Assembly: GCF_009914755.1 (NCBI RefSeq)
Contig: NC_060926.1
DNA: 64,000 nt
Origin: the human T2T-CHM13v2.0 reference genome, Homo sapiens
Reading direction: 5' to 3' (one strand)
Every line of letters starts with the position of its first letter. The first letter of the stretch is position 1. Shown here one piece after another: positions 15,050 through 27,879 of the stretch. The notes beneath the pieces are model-generated. The model was not told where the DNA came from, made no database searches, and was given only the letters and a program-made list of their open reading frames with translations. The translations under genes were made by a program, and so were the position numbers.

Positions 15050-16230
15050 AATTGAGTTATATCACACGCTCTGAAGCACCACAAGGAGCTCCTACCCTCC
15101 ACACTCAGTTCAGCTCTCATGTCACTTGGCAACTCCTTTACTTGCCTTTAATCATTTTCACTGCCTTAAGTGCCATTCCAAAATTCAGCACTGTCCTCAA
15201 GCTGATATCCAGTCTCATTCATTTTACATCCGGTAGATAGTCTCAGCTTCTAAATCATGAAGTAACTTAGGAGATCAGAAATGACCTATCCCACTTCTCA
15301 CATGCCCATTAACTGCAAATATCTTTATATCCCTTGCACGCCTGCTCTTTTTCCTCTAGTCTTAGAGAACACTTGCTTAGTCTCAGCCAGTGATCTTACA
15401 CATATTCTTTGTATCATCCCTTCCCCATATTCAAAACCAAATCTTGAGTCCATATATTCATTCTGTTCCCTAGACCCATGTGTCTATACATCTACCAAGG
15501 ACCTGCACTTGGATGTTGCATAGAAACCTCATATTTAGCATGTCTCAAATGGAACCTCAATTTCCATCTCCAACAAAAACTTCTGCGTTCACATCGTGAA
15601 TCTACCTAGAACTCAAACCTTACAGCTTTATATAATTCTTGAGATCTCCCTTTCCATATACCTGGTATCCAATTGCAAAGCTGTGTCAGTTTTAGCTTTC
15701 AAACTATTTCTTGAATCCATTTGCTTATCGCCAACTTAATTGCTAACCCTTCTGATTCAGTCCATCTCTGTCATGAGAATTGCAGTAGATTCCTGGCTCA
15801 TCTTCTTGACTCCTGACTTGCTTTTCTAGAATCTAATTGCCATGCCACCCTGAGAATTATAGTTCTAAAGTATTTATCTGACAACTTTCAGAGGGTAGGC
15901 CTTTTATGATTTGGCCCTGCTTACCTCTTAAGCCACATTTCTATGCTTTATCCTCTCATCCACAATGCTGCTGTCAAGCTAAGCTTCATGCAGCTCCACT
16001 CTGTTGTCGGTGGTGGTTTTGCACCATTTGTCTTCCTATGTTCTTGACTGCCTCCTATTACTCATCTGTGATATACCAGTCTCCTGGAATCTCCCTGATA
16101 CTCCAGACTGTGTTGGATGTCCCTCTTTCCCATCGTTCATATAATTCTGAACTGTAGTTTTCTCTTTTGTTTCTTTCCACTGAAGTGTGAGTTTTTTTTT
16201 AGAGTAGGAATGCCCAACAAGTAACTGGTG
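15050..16230 (+). mobile_element. L2 fragment(s)
   Basis: Pyrimidine-rich L2-like sequence (CTTGGATGTTGCATAG...CATGTCTCAAATGGAAC; CCACTGAAGTGTGAG). Confidence 0.65.
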
Positions 16231-17269
16231 ATAAAGTCACAGAACTTTTCAGAAAAAGTGTGCCTAAAAGTATATGATTATAAATATAAGCATATTTATA
16301 TGTGGTGAAGTATGGGTCTGGAAGGAACACAGCATAGAATGGCAAGACTGCTAAAGACAGAGCCCTGGGGATCACTACCCCCTACTAAATTTCCTTTGTA
16401 CGGGACCAAGGCACTAAATAGGAAGGAAAAGCAAATGTTAGATGCATGTGAGATTACAGGGCAACAAGAAAGCTACAAAGAAAAGTGAAGATGGAGGCAT
16501 ACGGCAAAGGGATTTCAATGTGCTGAAGGGAGCTCACTTACAGAACTACATCTAATCCCTAAAGAGAATTATCTGGCTGCAGTTAATACGGATGACAAAT
16601 CTGAGAAGCAAAATCAAGGACATTGAAGTTTAGTGTGATGTTTAGACCATGCAAACACAGAAGCATCCTATTTGGATGAATTTTTCTGGTGAAGAAAGTG
16701 AATGTACAAAACAACAAAACAAAATTGTCCATCAAGACAAAGGAAGTAACATATAATTAGTAAGATTCACAAAATACACAAAGAATGAATTTGGCCCTTC
16801 TTCTTACAAATCCTCTATATCAGATGAAATTGAAATAATAGTGTATAAATATGACTACAGAAGGACTTTTTGTTCTGAGTTCCACCTCTTTTCAAAGACT
16901 TGAGATTCCTTGGCTCATTAATACCATTAGATTTATTTTTGTATAGGTTAAATCACCTGTTGTTAGATTGTGGTACACAGTGAATTTTAATAAATTAAAC
17001 CTACTGTCCTTCTCAAAAACAACACATAGTTCAACAACTATGATTAAGTTGTCTATATTAATAAGTAGCTATCTCCAGGATAATTATAGTTTCCACTAAA
17101 TGATTTGTATAAATGGGAAATGTCTTTAAATAGTTTCAAAGTTATTTATATCCTCCCCTTTGATATGTCCTGTGTGTTCAAACATTTGTGTATGTACTCC
17201 CAGGGGTTCTAACTTCAATTTACTACCCTGAGTTACTATTTTTGTTTCCTCAATAAACAAGCAGGATAA

Positions 17270-17910
17270 CAAGCTAGTTAAGGGCACAGTTGGTGGAGCA
17301 AACTTTCTGGTTTAGAATCCCAGTTTTGTATCTAGATCTTTTTACCTTGGACATATTTTTATCCCTTCTATCACTTATTTGCTTATTTGTAAACTGCAAA
17401 CATAATAGCACCTATCTATTAGAGTTATTCTAAAAATTAAATGAGTTAATATATTTATAATGGGTTATAAAAAGAAAATGTTTTGTAAAGTCCTTAGAAG
17501 AGGGTCTTGTATTATCCCATTTTCACACTGCTATAAAGACATACCTGAGACTGGGTAATTTATAAAGAAAAGAGGTTTAATTGACTCATAGTTTCACAGG
17601 CCTGGGAAGGCCTCAGGAAACTTACAATCATGGTAGAAGGGGAATAGGCATGTCTTACATGGTGGCAGGAGCAAGAGAGAGGTGTGAGGAGCAAAGTGGG
17701 AAGAGCTCCTCATAAAACGATCAGATCTTGTGAGCACTCACTCAATATCACAAGAACAGCATGGGGGAAACTACCCCCATGATCCAATCACCTCCTATCC
17801 CTAGACATGTGTGAATTATGGGAATTGTAATTCAAGATGAGATTTGGATGGGGACACAAAGCCTAACCGTATCAGGCCTGGTACAGAATAAGCACTTAAT
17901 AATTTAACCT
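17270..17910 (+). mobile_element. MIR split by a MaLR LTR
   Basis: MIR core CTTATTTGTAAACTG...AAATGAGTTAAT; resumes after the LTR as GGCCTGGTACAGAATAAGCACTTAATAA. Confidence 0.75.
17508..17874 (-). mobile_element. MaLR solo LTR (THE1/MSTA)
   Basis: TGTATT...ACCTGAGACTGGGTAATTTATAAAGAAAAGAGG...TATCA; 5-bp TSD GGTCT/GGCCT. Confidence 0.92.
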
Positions 17911-18542
17911 TTACAGTGTCAATCATTCTAGTCCTCTCTTTTACACTGAGCAACATTGCTTGTATTTTGTCTTGTAGCTATTTCTTCAATCACAAGAAGG
18001 TACTTAGGCAGTGAAAAGGAAGACAAAATGGTAAACAGGAAATACAAAAGGAAAAGAAAAAATACGAACTATAACATAGAACATATACAATACAGTATTA
18101 TAATATTACTGCTTATTATTTGCTTCAAACTCAGATAAAACATAGCCTTGCAACTCAGTTATTCTCTATTTCAAACTCTAAATTTCTATTGGTGATGAAG
18201 ACAAATGATTATTTTAGTTGATGTTTTGCCAGGCATGAATTTTTTTTCTTTTTTTTAGGAAAAATGGAAAAATTCTGTTTGATTAGCTCTGAGAGAAAGT
18301 ATTCAGTTCCAATGAGAGACAGACCTTCACTGCAGCCTGAGTCACATCCTTTGAGCTTTGTAAAATATTATGTCCTCCAGAATTTAACCATCTGGAAGCT
18401 AGTGACAGGGTTGGATGCTATTCACGCATTCTCCTTCATGTAGCTCACAATGTGATGCACGTCACTTATTTTTCAGATGTATTTGAATGCCTGTAAATTA
18501 CCAGAAACCTGCTAGATGCCAGGGATACAAAGATAAACAACA

Positions 18543-18793
18543 GGCCAGGCACTGTGGCTCATGCCTGTAATCCCAGCACTTTGGGAGGCTGAGGTTTGAG
18601 GATCACTTAAAGTCAGGTGTTTGAGACCAGCCTGGCCAAGATGGTGAAAAACCATCTCTACTAAAAATACAAAAAAATTAATCAGGCATGGTGGCAGCAC
18701 TTGTAATCCCAGCTACTCTGGAGGCTTAGGCAGGAGAATCCCTTGAATCTGGGAGTTAGGGGTTGCAGTGAGCCAAGATCATGCTATTGGTCT

Positions 18794-18810
<17 letters not shown>
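18543..18810 (+). mobile_element. AluS with a 3' deletion
   Basis: The right arm jumps from GCCAAGATCATGCTATTG to GTCT-polyA, about 30 nt short; no clear TSD. Confidence 0.92.
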
Positions 18811-18842
<32 letters not shown>

Positions 18843-19285
18843 CATATATATATATACACACACATATATATACACATATATATACACATATATATATACA
18901 CATATATATACACATATATATACACGTATATATGTATACACATATATATGTATATATATACACATATATACACACATATATACGTGTATATACGTATATA
19001 CGTACATATATACGTGTATATACGTATATGCGTACATATATACGTGTATATACGTATATGCGTACATATATACGTGTATATACGTATATGCGTACATATA
19101 TACGTGTATATACGTATATGCGTACATATATACGTGTATATACGTATATGCGTACATATATACGTGTATATACGTATATGCGTACATATATACGTGTATA
19201 TACGTATATGCGTACATATATACGTGTATATACACATATACATACGTATATATACACATATATACGTATATATACGCATATATAT
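18811..19285. repeat. (TA)/(CA)-derived VNTR with a 30-bp unit TACGTGTATATACGTATATGCGTACATATA
   Basis: 8 units at 18981-19220, 7 of them identical. Confidence 0.97.
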
Positions 19286-19332
19286 AAAAATCAAGAAATG
19301 ACTATAAGTTTCCTTAGGCCAGCAGCTCCCCA

Positions 19333-19530
19333 TCTATATCTACATATCTAGATATATATCTAGATATATACTCTCTATATATCTAGATATATATGATATA
19401 TATCTAGATATATATTATATATAGATATATCTAGATATATATAGATATGCATATATATACATATATACACATATATATTATATATACATATATGTATATA
19501 TCTATATATATATACACACACATATATACA
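19333..19530. repeat. AT-rich palindromic low-complexity tract (TATATCTAGATATA units)
   Basis: About five TCTAGA-centred palindromes within TA repeats. Confidence 0.9.
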
Positions 19531-20061
19531 CAAGCAAGTGTCTTTGCTCTCAATTTCGTTTTGGTTTTTTTTTTCCAGTCAATAGAGAATAGGTCAAAGA
19601 GCTAGTTAGAGAGCTGGAATGTGTAAAAGTGTAATTCCAAAAGCAGTATGATGGAAAAGAATTGATAGGGAAAAGGAGCTTTTATGAAAAGCTTTGAGAG
19701 CACATGAAATGAATGATTAAATTTTTTGTAGTAGGAGTGACAAGAGGAAAGAGAAGTGTGTTAATATGAGACTTCACCTGTTGAGTGATATCAGCAACCA
19801 AAACCATTTCGCAATATGAGGGACATACAGAGAGCGAGGTCTAAAGTTCAGTAGAGACTAACTGAAGGTAAACAGGGGCCCAGTTCCAGCCTGACTATAA
19901 CTGGCTCCATTCATGAGACCGAGAAAGATATACTTTCTCCTGTAATCAATGAGAAGAGAAATATTATCAAGATTTGAATCATATGGTACGTTTTCATTTT
20001 AGAAAAACTCTATGAAAGGAGGCAAGGAAATGAATTAGAATACTCTAAGAGAGTAAGGAAG

Positions 20062-20698
20062 TTTTGGAGCCAAATAAAATGTTCCCTTCACTCTTTGAAG
20101 GTTCACTGAAAATCAGCTGACAAAAGGCAGATTAATAGGAGAAAAGGCATACCAAATTAATTTTAACATTGGTGGTTGTGGGAGGATCACAGAAGAATGA
20201 TTACCCAAAACTCAATGGGGTACAGATGTTTATATACCTTTCCTCATAAGGCAAGGAGAAATGGGGAAAATTTGGCAATTTGAAGGATAGTAATGAATGG
20301 ATTTGGAGAATATGCAATGGCCTAGATCAAAGTCTGTTGAGCCTGCAGAGCAGATAATGGCTGGTAAATGATTCTCTTTGAAATATTGAATGAGACTGCA
20401 AGACAGTGGTTGGTGACAAAAGACTGTACAAGTGTATTAACAGACCTCAGTCTTCTCATGATATGAGTTAAGTAAGCAAGAACTCAGGGAAGAGACCAGA
20501 GATAATTGCTCTCTTCTTTAGAAGGTCTGTGCTTTAGTCAGATAAGGGAATTTCAGTATTTCGTTGGTTTCTTTGAGCGAGACGGAGAATTGAAAGTCTG
20601 AAGAGGTGCAGGAATGGTCAGAGAGACCTTGAGATTGCTTCTTTAGTCTGGCATATCCAAGTGCTATATTTTGGGGTATCAGTTGCTGACCCCCAAAA
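20062..20698 (-). mobile_element. ERV1 solo LTR (MER34/MER39-like group)
   Basis: GAAGGTTCACTGAAAATCAGCTGACAAAAGGCAGATTAATAGGAGAAAAGGCAT ... TATTTTGGGGTATCAGTTGCTGACCCC. Confidence 0.75.
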
Positions 20699-21503
20699 AG
20701 GGCCTAAACCAGAAGAGTGCCAGTGGGAGAGGTAAAAAAGGGGGAGCTGACTGAGCAGCTCTGTAACTCACATGAACCACTATGACTCAGTAACGAATTA
20801 TGTGAAAAAGTGTAACACAAGGAAAAGACCAGGATAACCCAGTGATTTCCAGGTGAATGATTAGCTCATGTCTTAGTCTAGAGGTAAAAGCAACAGTCTT
20901 CTTAGAAAAGATGATGATTTTGTTTTTGACCGTGGTGTACATGAAGGCACTATGTGACATCCAAGGTCAGATGTTCGTGGGTTGTGGGAATAAGGTTCTG
21001 GAAGACAGGGAGAAATCTGGGCTCAAGCGAGAGATTCAGAACACGGGCACGTAGGTGGTATTTAAAGCCAGATGAATATAGGACAATAAGGAAAGGGAAT
21101 AAAGGATTATGAAATCTAAAATTTAATATATAAAAATAAAATACAAATAGAGGGCAAGAAGATTGAAAATGAGCGGCCAAAGAGAGAAAAGGGATCCGTG
21201 ACTCAAAAGCTCAGAGTTATATGAAGATAGACTGGGCCTTGTGATGGTATCACATTCTCTAGAGACGTCAAGTAGGATGAAGTTTGAGAAGAAGCCATTA
21301 GATATAACATTTAATATGTCAGTTTCACTGATTCAATGGGTGGTATGTTTAGATGTAAATTGAAATTAAAAAATGAAGACAAGAAGTTTACATTCAAGAT
21401 TTAGCTAAGGCAAGGAAAAAGAGGAGTGTTTTGTTTAAAATGAAGAAATAAACTCATATGTGAAGGTGTGCTATAACTTATAAACATACTACATAAATAT
21501 AAT

Positions 21504-22129
21504 TTTTACTGGAAAGGGGTCCCTATCTAGACCCCAAGAAGGGGTTCCTGGATCTCATGCAAGAAAGAATTTGAGGCAAATCCGTAAAGTAAAAGCAAGT
21601 TTATTAAGAAAGTAAAGGAATAAAGAATGGCTTCTCCATCAGAGCAGCGGCTTGAGCTGCTGGCCTAAAGATCCTTATAGTCATTTCTTGATTATATGCT
21701 GAACAAGAGGTGGATTATTCATGATTTTTCTGGGAAAGGGATGGGCAATTCCCAGAACTGAGGGTTCCTCCCCTTTTTAGACCATACAGGGTAACTTCCT
21801 GACGTGGCCATGGCATCTGTAAACTGTCATGGCACTGGTGGGAGTGTCTTTTAACATGCCAATGCATTATAATTAGCATATAATGAGCAGTGAGGAAGAC
21901 CAGAGGTCACTCTCATCGCTATCCTGGTTTTGGTGGGTTTTGGGCAACTTCATTATGGCAACCTGTTTTATCAGCAAGGTCTTTAAGACTTCTATCTGGT
22001 GCTGACCTCCTATCTCATCCTGTGACTAGGAATGTCTAACCTCCTGGGAATGCAGCCCAGCAGATCTCAGCCTTATATTACTCAGACCTTATTCAAGATG
22101 GAGTTGCTCTGGTTCAAATGCCTCTGACA
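21504..22129 (-). mobile_element. MER41B solo LTR
   Basis: Minus strand starts TGTCAGAGGCATTTGAACCAGAGCAACTCCATCTTG; 626 bp; 4-bp TSD TAAT; has the GAS-containing segment typical of MER41B. Confidence 0.9.
21728..21757. promoter_or_regulatory. tandem GAS (STAT) motifs
   Basis: TTCTGGGAA (21728-21736) and TTCCCAGAA (21749-21757), both TTCN3GAA. Confidence 0.7.
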
Positions 22130-22496
22130 TAATAGACTGTGAAATAGAATATTCTTTGGATTAAGCCAACTTTACTGAGGCCCACTCACCCACTGCGTAT
22201 GACACCTGGTAGCAGACTCCAAAAAGCATGACTTTTATTTAACTTTATGTATAGTCTTTTAGGGCAGTGAATAATATATAGAAAAATAATTTGGGCTCTA
22301 ATTTTCCAGATTTACTTTCATTTCTAACTTCTCCATAAGGCTTTCCCTGAGTACACAGCCTCTACACAGTCAGATCACCTAGCTCTAGCATTTAGAATCC
22401 CCTGTTCCCAACCAAAACTTCCCACTTCCCTGTCATTGCTCTCCATTGGCTAAAAGTCCCTAAGAAAGTTTCTAGCTTCTTTTGTTTTCCACATAG

Positions 22497-22593
22497 GCTC
22501 GAACTTAATGAAGACTACATTTCTTGTCTAAAATCTGAAGTTTGTTTCTCGTTGAAAACAAAGGGAACAGAAAACAAGCAATACTAAGTGCTG
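22497..22593 (+). other. candidate exon 1 of the chain (GC donor)
   Basis: CTTCTTTTGTTTTCCACATAG|...CTG|GCAAGT; one stop in the best frame. Confidence 0.22.
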
Positions 22594-24239
22594 GCAAGTC
22601 CCTGGAGACATGCAGTTCTCTTGTTCTTTAAAAGCTCTCAGTAGTTTTTGTGGAACTACCAAGGTTCATTCTAGAGAAAATAAAAAGCATAGTTCTGTAG
22701 TGACAATTCGATTCACCTTTAAACAAAAAAAAAAATCAAGAAAACAATTACTTAAAAGCCTAAATATTTGGTTTCAGGCAATATTTTACTTAACATTCCC
22801 TTCTAATCAATCTTGAAAACCTATTTTAGCTTTCAAAATATACAACTTAAAGGTATCAAAGGTAGCAACCCTCACCTTAAGCACAGTCTAGTCATTAAAA
22901 ACATGGTCTTAGAATACTGAGATTTTTGTGATTTATACGAAAGAGAAAAAATCAATTTCACTGAGATTTTAATTTACATTGTTTGTGTAATCCTGTTTGG
23001 GTCCTATACAAACTGATTTCTTATGAAATGTATCTATTTTTATATTAAGAAAGAATAGAAACTGATTTTATTTAATTTAGAGACAAACATATTTGTAACT
23101 AAAGCTTATGTGGCATTCTATCCCTAAATTGACCCATACACTGCCAATATCTCCCTGAAGTTTCCAGAGATAATTTTCATCCCTCATCCCCATCCTCTTC
23201 AGACAAACTGAACATCAACTTTATGGAGTGTGTACAAAACTATCCTCAGCATAACATGTGCATATGGCTTCAGAATTTTGTTAAGATGTTGTACTTCTGT
23301 ACCTTCCTCTCTTGTTCTCTTTGGTCTTTATAGCTTACACACTAAAAATGTGTGTAAAATACACCATGCTGACTCCAAATTCCTCAATTTCTTATATTTC
23401 CAAATAGTTTCCTTTATTTATGACTCAATTACTTATAGGTATGATCATTTCTAAGTGTTTTAATGTTTTGTTCACTATTGACAAATGGCATTTCGCTCTC
23501 TAAATGACTATTGGCATTTCATTGAAGGCTATTTTTTTATATATTTTGAACACTTTTAGATCTACAGAAAAATTAATTAGATTATACAGAGGTTTCCATA
23601 TATCCTGCATCTAGTTTCGTTATTAACACCTTATATTTAGTATGGTACGTTTGTCCAAAGTACCATATTGATACATTATAATTAACTAAAGTATATAACT
23701 TGATCACATTTCTAAAGTTTTCACCTAATATCTTTTTCAATTCCAGATCCTATGTTGATATGTTATATTTATTCATCATATCTCCATAAGGTCTTCTTGA
23801 CTGTGATTATTTCTCTGACTTTCCTTGTGTTTGATGACCTTGACAGTTTTGAGGAGGAGAGATCAAGCATTTTGGTGAAATGTCCTTCAATTGGATTCGC
23901 TTGATGTTCTACATTTTATGGAGGAAGATCACAAAGATAAAGTGTCATTCTTATCACTTTATATTAAGGGTACATACTATCAGGATGATTTACCAAGGTT
24001 AGGTGATATAAACCTAGATTACCTGGCTGAGGTAGTGTTTATCGGGATTCTCCCCATTTTCATACTGTACTCTTTGAAATGAAGTTGCTATGCTCAGCTC
24101 ATTCTTAGAGTGGCAAGTTTCATTCTACTTCATTAAGGGAAGAGTATCTACACAAATAATTTTGATTTTTTTTTTTGGAGATGTATGTCTTCTCACCTAT
24201 TTGTTAATTTACTTCATTATTTATTTATATCAGAATGAA

Positions 24240-25062
24240 TGTGGGCAAACGACATGAATAGACATTTCTCAAAAGAAAATATACAAATGGACAAGAAATA
24301 TATATTTAAAAAATCAACATCACTAATCATCAGGGAAGTGCAAATTAAAATCACGATGAGATACCACCTTATCCTAGTCATTATGGCCATTGTTTAAATG
24401 TCAGAAAAAAAAAACACAAAAATTTTGGAGTGGATGCAGTGAAAAGGGAAGACTTATACCCCGTTTGTGGCAATGTAAATTAGTACAACCTCTATTGCAA
24501 ACAGAGGGAGGCTTCTCAAATAATTTAAGGTAGATCTACCATTCTAACCAGTAATTCTACTACTAGATATCTACCCAAAGGAAAAGACATCATTATATAA
24601 AAAAGACACCTGTACCCATATGTTTATCACACCACAATTCACAATTGCAAAGATATCGAATCAACCTAAGTGTCAATCAATGAATGAGTGGATAATGTGG
24701 TATATATACCACAGAATACTGCTTATCCTAAAAAAGAATAAAAGAATGTCTTTTGCAGCAACTTGGATGGAACTGGAGGCCACCATCTTAAGCAAAATAA
24801 CTCAGGAGCAGAAATCCAAATACTGCATGTTCTCACACTAAACTATGGGTACACAAAGGCTTACAGAGTGGTATAATGGACATTAGAGACTCAGAGGTGG
24901 GAATGGTGGATGAGGGATTAGGGATAAGAAATTACATGTTGAGTACAACGCACATTATTCAGGGGATGGGTACACTAAAGGCCCAGACTTCATGACCATA
25001 ACATTTATCTGTGTAACCAGAAATGACTTTCTACCCCTAAAGCTAGTGAAATTTTAAAAAAG
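24240..25062 (+). mobile_element. L1PB-type 3' fragment
   Basis: GACATGAATAGACATTTCTCAAAAGAA...GGGTACACTAAAGGCCCAGACTTC, ending in an A tail. Confidence 0.85.
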
Positions 25063-25294
25063 AAGTCTGTGGATAATTATCTTATACTTTAGGTTATTAG
25101 TCAATGCTACTTTACTTGTTTAGTTACTATTTTGTTTCCATCTTTGGCCATTAAGAGCTTTTTCATTTGGCTCCTATGTCCCTTTGTTATACACCTATTA
25201 CTTTTATTTGTGCTTTGATTTTCTGTTTCTTCATTTTTTGGTTTGTTTTTAAGCATTGCCTCACTTTCTGGCATTACAAGATAATAGGGTTCTC

Positions 25295-25400
25295 TATATA
25301 CACATACACACACACAGACACATTTTTATATACGTATGTGTGTGTATATATGTATATGTACATATGCATGTGTGTGTGTTTGTGTGTGTGTGTGTGTATG
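25295..25400. repeat. compound (CA)/(TA)/(TG) microsatellite
   Basis: Seen directly. Confidence 0.9.
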
Positions 25401-25622
25401 TATCTTGTCTCATTCCTAGAATCAGCCACTGCTCCAAGGATCCACTTGGAACACTGGTTCCTTTTATTGGAGAAACATTTCGGAAACCAAGATCTGGGCA
25501 CTTAATATGCGCATGGCTATTGAGGTGTTGGTTGCTTCTAGGCACTATCAGCTGAGAAAATGAAAACATGTGTATGTGTATACTAATGTTTGCATTTGCA
25601 CATATCTGTGAATACTCCTATA

Positions 25623-25925
<303 letters not shown>

Positions 25926-25984
25926 CTATCTTTATGTTTATATATGTATAAACATAAACTTATACAGATGTCTCCAACTCTCCT

Positions 25985-26150
25985 AGTTCACCTTCTCTGC
26001 CTTTGTGATGCAGCATAAAGCCCTCACCAAGTTCAAAGCCTTGCCCTTGAACTTTCCAGCCTATAGAATTGTGCTAAATAAACTTCATTTCTGTGTAAAT
26101 TACCCAGTCTCAGGTATTCTATTCTTACAACACAAAACAGACTAAGACAA
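25985..26150 (+). mobile_element. MaLR LTR 3' fragment (MST/MLT1A)
   Basis: AAATTACCCAGTCTCAGGTATTCT...ACAGACTAAGACA. Confidence 0.8.
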
Positions 26151-27489
26151 CAGTTAAACGGCTTTTTTTTTTTTTTTTACATTCTGCATTCTGTTCTGGG
26201 ACACCCTAAGTGCATAAATAGTTTTTTCAATTTGCATATAGTAAGGCTCATTTTTTTTTATCTTAAGTTCTAAGAACTGAGAAATGCTTAATGGCATGTA
26301 GCCAACTTTACAGTATCATATAGAATAGTGTCACTGCCCTAAAAAATTCCCTGTGCTTCAGCAATTCAAACCTCCACTGCATCCTTTTCAGCCCCTACAA
26401 TCACTGATTTTGCAACTGCATTATAGTTTTGCAATTTCCAGAATGTCATATAAATGGAATTATACAATATGTACATTTTCTGACTGGCTACTTCACTTAA
26501 CAATATGAATTTAACATCCATGTATTTTCATGACTTGATACCTCATTTATTTTTATCATGGAAGAATATTTCATTGAACGGATGTACCATCCTTTGTTTT
26601 TCCATTCGCCCATTGAAGAGAGTATCTGTAGCTTCCGGTTTGGAGAATTTATGAATAAACTGCTATAAACACTTGCATACAGGTTTTTGTGAGAACATAA
26701 GTTTTCAACTCATGGGCAAATGCTTAAAATTAGAATTGCTAAATCCTATGGTGGGACTATGTTTAGCTTTGTAAGAAACTGTTAAAGTGTCTTCCGAAGA
26801 GGCTTTCTTATTTTGAATTTCTACCAGCAATCAGGGTTCCTGTTGATCTGCACTTGCCAACAATTGCTAATATTACCTAATTAGTGTGTTTTTACTTGGC
26901 TTGTTTATTTGATTTTTATTCATTCTAATGAATATGCAATAAGAATCTCATTGTTGTTTTAATTTAAATTTTAAAATGAGAAATTAAGCATCTTTTCATG
27001 TGTTTACATGCTGTCTGAATGTCTTCTTTGGTAAGGTATCAGTCCAGATGATTCACCCATTGTTTAACTAGGTCGTTTATTTTTCAACTCTTAAAACTAA
27101 GAGTTGAAAATAAAATAAACAATTAATAGCTAAAATAAAATAAACAACTAATAACTAAAAAAATAAAACTAAGAGTGTTAAGAGTTCTTTGTATTTACTA
27201 GATTCAAGCCCTTTAAAACAGATCTATGTATTGGAAATATTTTCTCCCAGTTTGTGGCTTGGTCTTTTTATTCTCTTAACAGAAGCTTTTGCAGAAAAGA
27301 AGCTTTTAACTTTAATAAAATCTAACTTATCAATTTTTACAGTCATTCTTTTGATATTGTATCAAAAATTATTATCAAACCCACATTCATGTACATTTTA
27401 TGTATTTTATTCTATAAATTTTATAGCTTTTCACTTTATATTTAGGCTCATGATCTATTTTAATTTTTGAGAAAGGTGTACGGTCTAAG

Positions 27490-27610
27490 ACTTCCTTCCT
27501 GCCTGCCTGCCTTCTTCCCTCCCTCCCTCCCTCCCTCTCTTCCTTCCTCCCCTCCCCTCCTTTCTCTCTCCCTCCATCTCTCCTTCCCTCCTCCCATCCT
27601 TCCTTCTTTC
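27490..27610. repeat. CT-rich low-complexity tract
   Basis: (CCTG)/(CCCT)/(CCTT) polypyrimidine run. Confidence 0.9.
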
Positions 27611-27879
27611 AACATTTAATTCTTCCAGTATCCTGTTGAAAAGATCATCCTTTGTCCATGAAATTATCTTTGCCCCAAATTCAAAGATCAGTTTACTATC
27701 TGTTTAGGTCTATTTATATGTTTTCTATTCTGTTTCATAGATATAGTTATGTAGTTTTTCACAAATCCTACACAGTCTTGATTACTATTTCTTTACAGTA
27801 AGCTTTGAAATCTGGTGGTATGATTCCTGCAACATTTTTGTACTGCTCAGTCTAGGTCTTTGGCCTTTCCATGTAAATT

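Larger units (their letters stand above)
18465..21440 (-). mobile_element. L2, interrupted by the Alu/VNTR block and an ERV1 LTR
   Basis: Reverse L2 3' end (TGAATGCCTG...CCAGGGATACAAAGATAAACAA) resumes at ~19530; purine-rich L2-like sequence to ~21440. Confidence 0.6.

Noticed and set aside
18743-19351. 155-202 aa ORFs rich in Y/I/H/T/V
   Set aside because: They are translations of the stop-free TA/CA/TACG VNTR and are open on both strands
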